From assembly GCA_965206595.1 (NCBI GenBank), contig OZ242214.1, positions 6,944,001 to 7,008,000 of the forward strand: a stretch of DNA of 64,000 nt. Direction: 5' to 3'. The stretch is from Candidatus Latescibacterota bacterium. Its GTDB lineage: Bacteria; Latescibacterota; UBA2968; UBA8231. A program made the position numbers and the translations under genes. A model generated the notes under the pieces. That model worked only from the letters and a program-made list of their open reading frames with translations. It made no database searches and was not told where the DNA came from. Below, in pieces: positions 60,372 through 64,000 of the stretch; within the stretch, counting starts at the first letter, position 1, and every line of letters starts with the position of its first letter.

Positions 60372-63046
60372 CACTCCAGCCCCGCGTTCACGGTGAAGAA
60401 CATCAGGTTCGCCCGCTCGCGGCGCCCGAACTCGAAGGCCCGCCGCGTCCACTGCATTCCGGTGCGCGTGACGATCCGGTACCCCTGGTAGGCGACCTGA
60501 TTGGTCAGCTGCACGACCACCGTCCAGGAGCGCAGGTCCTGGTCGATTTCCGCCCGCCTCCCCTTCAGCATCCACAGCTTCGACAGCTCGAGGCCGACCC
60601 GCAGCTCGGTGTCGAAGATCTGCCTGCCGTATCTGGCGAAGTACGAGGCCCGCGTCTGCTCGGCCAGCAGCGGCTGCGACCAGGTCAGGAAAACCGTCTC
60701 CTCGACGCTGGCCGCCTTCTCCCGGCGGCTCCGGTAGGGGCGGTCGAAGCGCACCTCGCTCTTCCAGCGCGGCTGGAAGAACCCGAGGCCGACCGGCAGC
60801 GACCACTCCGCCTTGTCGATGAGGCCGACGAACCCGGACCGCTTGCGCGCCAGCCTGCGCGCCACGGTCTCGTCGCCGTCGCGCTGGAGGGCGATGTCCC
60901 ACTTGAAGCGGTGCAGCAGGCGCAGGTCCTCGACGAGGCGGTGGCTGAGGTCGGCGTAGAAGGAGTTCTTCCAGGTGTTGCGCGCCGCCAGCGGGTCCTC
61001 GAGGTCGCGCATGCGCCCGATGGCGCCGACCGGCTGCACCCACTGCTGCAGGTCGTCGGGGACGTCGTCCCTGACCAGGGCGCCGAAGTCGAAGACCCGC
61101 ACCTTCCCGAACCCGGACAGCTCCCGCTTCCAGGCCGCCATCCCGTACACCGCCCGGGTGTGCCCGTCGCCGGAGATCAGGCCGCTGTTCTGGCGGCCGG
61201 CGAGGAGACTGCCGCCCCCTCCGGCCTGCACTTTCAGGTAGAGGTTGTAGCCGCGCTGATCCCTTCGGTACGGATAGTCCGGGAGGCGGTCGTTCTCGAA
61301 CCGGTCGATGGTGCCGTTGTGGTTCATGTCGGTGCCGAAGAGGAACTCCGGGCGGTCCGAGCGGTAGCGCAGGAACGGCTCGTCGTAGTCGGGGAACAGG
61401 TTGAGGTTCTGGTTGTGGTCGTGGATGAAGTCGCCGTTCTCGTCGTACCCCGGCCAGGCGACTTCCCGCGTCGAGGGCTGGAACGGCCGCTCCCATTCCG
61501 GGACGGCGTTGAAGTCGTCGTCGTCGACGACGAACTCGTAGAGGTCGGCTATGCGCGCCTTGAAGCGGATGGTGCCGTCCGATTGCGTCAACCAGTAGGC
61601 GGTCGCGTAGGCGTCGTCGATGGAGAACAGCTCGGCGTACAGCTTCCACGGGAAGCGCTGGTACGCGGCCTGGGCGTAGCCGGCGCGGGCGTTGCGGGTC
61701 GCGTGGTGCTGGAGCCCCTCCTCGAGGTTGGGGTACTTGCCGTGGCGCCGGTTGAGCACCGCCTCCCCCTGCAGCGACAGGCCGCCGGCGTCGACGACGT
61801 TGAAGTCGACGCCGATCAGCTCGTTCCCGGTCGGCAGCAGGTAGTCGAGCTTCAGCACCCTGCTGTTGCTGTTGTCGCTGACGTTGCCGCGGGCGCGGGC
61901 GACGGTGGTGAAGACCGGCTCGGCGTTGCGGACCTCGCCGTCGGTCTGCAGGTCGGAGGCCATCTCGACCCGGTAGTCGTCGGCCACCGCCAGCTCGAAG
62001 CTGAGGCGCTGCAGGTCGAGCGACTCCATCCCCTGCTCCTCGCCGAGGGAGGCGAGGTCGTACTCGAGCACCGCGGCCTCGCTGCCGTCGGCGGCGATCG
62101 CCCCTTCGCGCAGCACCCCGCCCCGTATCGTCGGCACCAGGCCGATGTCGCGGCCCCGGTGCACGCGCCCCGACTGGTCGACGAGGATGATCTCGTGGCG
62201 GAACAGCGCGGCCCCGCCGACACCGTCTTCCGGGGAGTCGTCGCGCAGGCGCACCCACACCTTCTTCAGCGGCTGGTTCTGCTTGGTCGTCAGCGCCCCG
62301 TGCAGCGGGTTGCCGACGTTGAAGTCGACCTGCGTCTGCGCGTTGTGGGCGTTTACATAGGTAGCCCCCATGGCGACCGCGTCGAGGACGCGGAACGAGG
62401 TGTGGCCGCCGAACAGGTGGGTCGAGTTGCTGCGCCGCGCCTGATCCGGGCTGCTGGGCCGCGAAAGCAGCAGCGACGACTGGTGGCGGTCGGAGGCGAT
62501 CTCGAGACGCAGGCCGTTGAAGCGGGGCTTGTTGAAGGTGAGCGGCGTCAGGTGGGTGGAGATCTGGTCGCCGATCATCAGACGGAACTGGTGGTCCCAG
62601 TGCCCGTCCGAGGCGATGACGAGGTTCTGGAAGATGCTGCCGTAGAAATCGGTGGCGGCCGGGTCGGCCGGCCTCTTGCGCAGGAAGCTGCCGTTGCGCA
62701 GCGACTGCCGCTGTTCCCAGGAGTAGACCAGCCAGCCGCGGCCGAGATGGTTGCCGAAGGAGTCGTACCACTCGTCCCCTTCGAGCTGGCGGTCCAGGTA
62801 GCGCTTGTAGAATTGGGTCGAGTAGCCGGTGTCGGTGGCGAACCAGGGATAGCGGTGGTACTCCGGCAGGTGGATGGGGACGTAGTTCTTGTGCACCTCG
62901 GGAACGACGTCCTCCATGCCGAAGGAGGGAGCGAGCCTGACTGGCAGGGCCGACGGCGTCGCCCCGGGAACGGCGCCCGGGTACTGGGCCCAGCACAGCT
63001 GCGCCGCGGCCCCCGCGACGGCCAGGGATGTCAGCAGCCTTCCCAT
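60371..63046 (-). CDS. Large secreted hypothetical protein, putative outer-membrane protein
   Basis: Signal peptide; LTPLTFNKPRFNG; DENGDFIHD...DMNHNGTIDRFEND; paralog of 55828-58470. Confidence 0.8.
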   Translation of the reverse strand: MGRLLTSLAVAGAAAQLCWAQYPGAVPGATPSALPVRLAPSFGMEDVVPEVHKNYVPIHLPEYHRYPWFATDTGYSTQFYKRYLDRQLEGDEWYDSFGNHLGRGWLVYSWEQRQSLRNGSFLRKRPADPAATDFYGSIFQNLVIASDGHWDHQFRLMIGDQISTHLTPLTFNKPRFNGLRLEIASDRHQSSLLLSRPSSPDQARRSNSTHLFGGHTSFRVLDAVAMGATYVNAHNAQTQVDFNVGNPLHGALTTKQNQPLKKVWVRLRDDSPEDGVGGAALFRHEIILVDQSGRVHRGRDIGLVPTIRGGVLREGAIAADGSEAAVLEYDLASLGEEQGMESLDLQRLSFELAVADDYRVEMASDLQTDGEVRNAEPVFTTVARARGNVSDNSNSRVLKLDYLLPTGNELIGVDFNVVDAGGLSLQGEAVLNRRHGKYPNLEEGLQHHATRNARAGYAQAAYQRFPWKLYAELFSIDDAYATAYWLTQSDGTIRFKARIADLYEFVVDDDDFNAVPEWERPFQPSTREVAWPGYDENGDFIHDHNQNLNLFPDYDEPFLRYRSDRPEFLFGTDMNHNGTIDRFENDRLPDYPYRRDQRGYNLYLKVQAGGGGSLLAGRQNSGLISGDGHTRAVYGMAAWKRELSGFGKVRVFDFGALVRDDVPDDLQQWVQPVGAIGRMRDLEDPLAARNTWKNSFYADLSHRLVEDLRLLHRFKWDIALQRDGDETVARRLARKRSGFVGLIDKAEWSLPVGLGFFQPRWKSEVRFDRPYRSRREKAASVEETVFLTWSQPLLAEQTRASYFARYGRQIFDTELRVGLELSKLWMLKGRRAEIDQDLRSWTVVVQLTNQVAYQGYRIVTRTGMQWTRRAFEFGRRERANLMFFTVNAGLE

Positions 63047-64000
63047 CAGTACACCACCCCGACCGCGGCCAGCGCCGATCCTGCGGCATCGGCATCGGTA
63101 GGTACCGAGACGCGCACGAGGTACAGGCCCGGACCGACCCGCCGGCCCTCGTCGTCGCGGCCGTCCCAGGGAACCGCGTGCTGTCCGCTGGGAATCTCCC
63201 GCACCCCCCCGAGGTCGCGCACCTTGCGGCCCGACAGGTCGTACACCCCCACCCGCAGGTCGCGCTCCCCCTTGATGCGGAACACGGAGAAGCGGATCCG
63301 GGTGGCCTCGTTGACGCCGTCGCCGTTGGGCGTGAACAAGGCCGGCTCGGCCCGCACGTTTTCGAGAATGGGGGCGTCCTCGACATCGGCGACCACCACC
63401 ATCGACTCGCTGCGCACATCGCTGCTCGCGTCCCCTTCGGTGAAGGCCTGCACCACCCCGGGCCGCTGCGAGTTCAGCAGCTCCACCGTGAACGTGGTCC
63501 CGCTCAGGAACACCTGCGTCCGTATCTCCGCCCTGTAGAGCAGGGAACCGCCCGAAACCCGCTGCGGCAGCTCGACGACGACCCCGCCTTCCTCAAGGGC
63601 TTCGATGCGGGCGCCGCCGGGCCACAGGCTCCTGCCGCGGCCGCCGCGCAGCTGCGCCTCGCTCCCCGACTGCAGCGACACCAGCTCGATCGGGGCCGCC
63701 GAGGAGGAGCGCAGGCGCATGCGGTCGAACCCGGAATCGCCGCTCTGGAACTCCGGCCGCATCCAGATGGCGAACTCCTCCTCCCTTCCGGGGCGCACCC
63801 CCTGGTTCGGCCAGATCTCGGCGAAGGTCTGTTCGACCAGCGGCGCCTCCAGCCCCAGCTCGATGCCCCGGATGCTCGCCGCGCGCAGCGGGTCGGCCGT
63901 CGACAGGCGCACCTGCAGCATCAGCATGCGCCGCGGACCGGGAGACCTGAACGGTTCCCCCTGCTCCCGGTACGGCTCGCTCCAGGCGCTCCAGCCTTCC
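63046..64000 (-). CDS. C-terminal part of a FlgD-Ig/CHU_C-tailed protein (partial; starts beyond the window)
   Basis: LFTPNGDGVNE, VYDLSGRKVR, WDGRD, PGLY; frame open to the window edge. Confidence 0.83.
   Translation of the reverse strand, partial: EGWSAWSEPYREQGEPFRSPGPRRMLMLQVRLSTADPLRAASIRGIELGLEAPLVEQTFAEIWPNQGVRPGREEEFAIWMRPEFQSGDSGFDRMRLRSSSAAPIELVSLQSGSEAQLRGGRGRSLWPGGARIEALEEGGVVVELPQRVSGGSLLYRAEIRTQVFLSGTTFTVELLNSQRPGVVQAFTEGDASSDVRSESMVVVADVEDAPILENVRAEPALFTPNGDGVNEATRIRFSVFRIKGERDLRVGVYDLSGRKVRDLGGVREIPSGQHAVPWDGRDDEGRRVGPGLYLVRVSVPTDADAAGSALAAVGVVY

Noticed and set aside
54170-63419. Giant ORFs of 1447 aa and 1650 aa
   Set aside because: Their N-terminal parts are Arg/Pro/Gly-rich off-frame shadows of overlapping genes. 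True starts are 55831 and 60371, both followed by signal peptides.

Overview
High-GC bacterial genomic window; the gene content resembles Latescibacterota/Poribacteria-type lineages (inference only). No rRNA, tRNA or CRISPR array was seen. 1-6.6 kb: nested IS cluster (ISKra4-like, IS701-like, IS256, IS1380) around a lower-GC islet. 7-25 kb and 42-54 kb: catabolic genes (enolase-superfamily enzymes, lactonase, thiolase/DUF35/CoA ligase, Ldh_2 dehydrogenases, GH32, sulfatase, PhyH dioxygenases, AKR, aminotransferase), an MNT-HEPN pair, a MATE pump, an IS4 and a second IS1380. 54-64 kb: operon alternating secreted FlgD-Ig/CHU_C-tailed proteins with ~890-aa putative outer-membrane proteins, ending in a PPIase lipoprotein. 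The main finding is a ~16-kb island (24.9-40.6 kb) of four repeated cassettes. Each has GTAT-N3-ATAC palindrome(s), a sigma54 -24/-12 promoter, a small secreted His/Cys-rich peptide with a defensin-like CxxxC...CxC motif (degenerate in one cassette) and 1-5 secreted DOMON/CBM9-like paralogs (8 in total) with an N-terminal His and a C-terminal SWGxIK tag. An embedded, frameshifted beta-propeller/Y_Y_Y sigma54 activator is the likely regulator.
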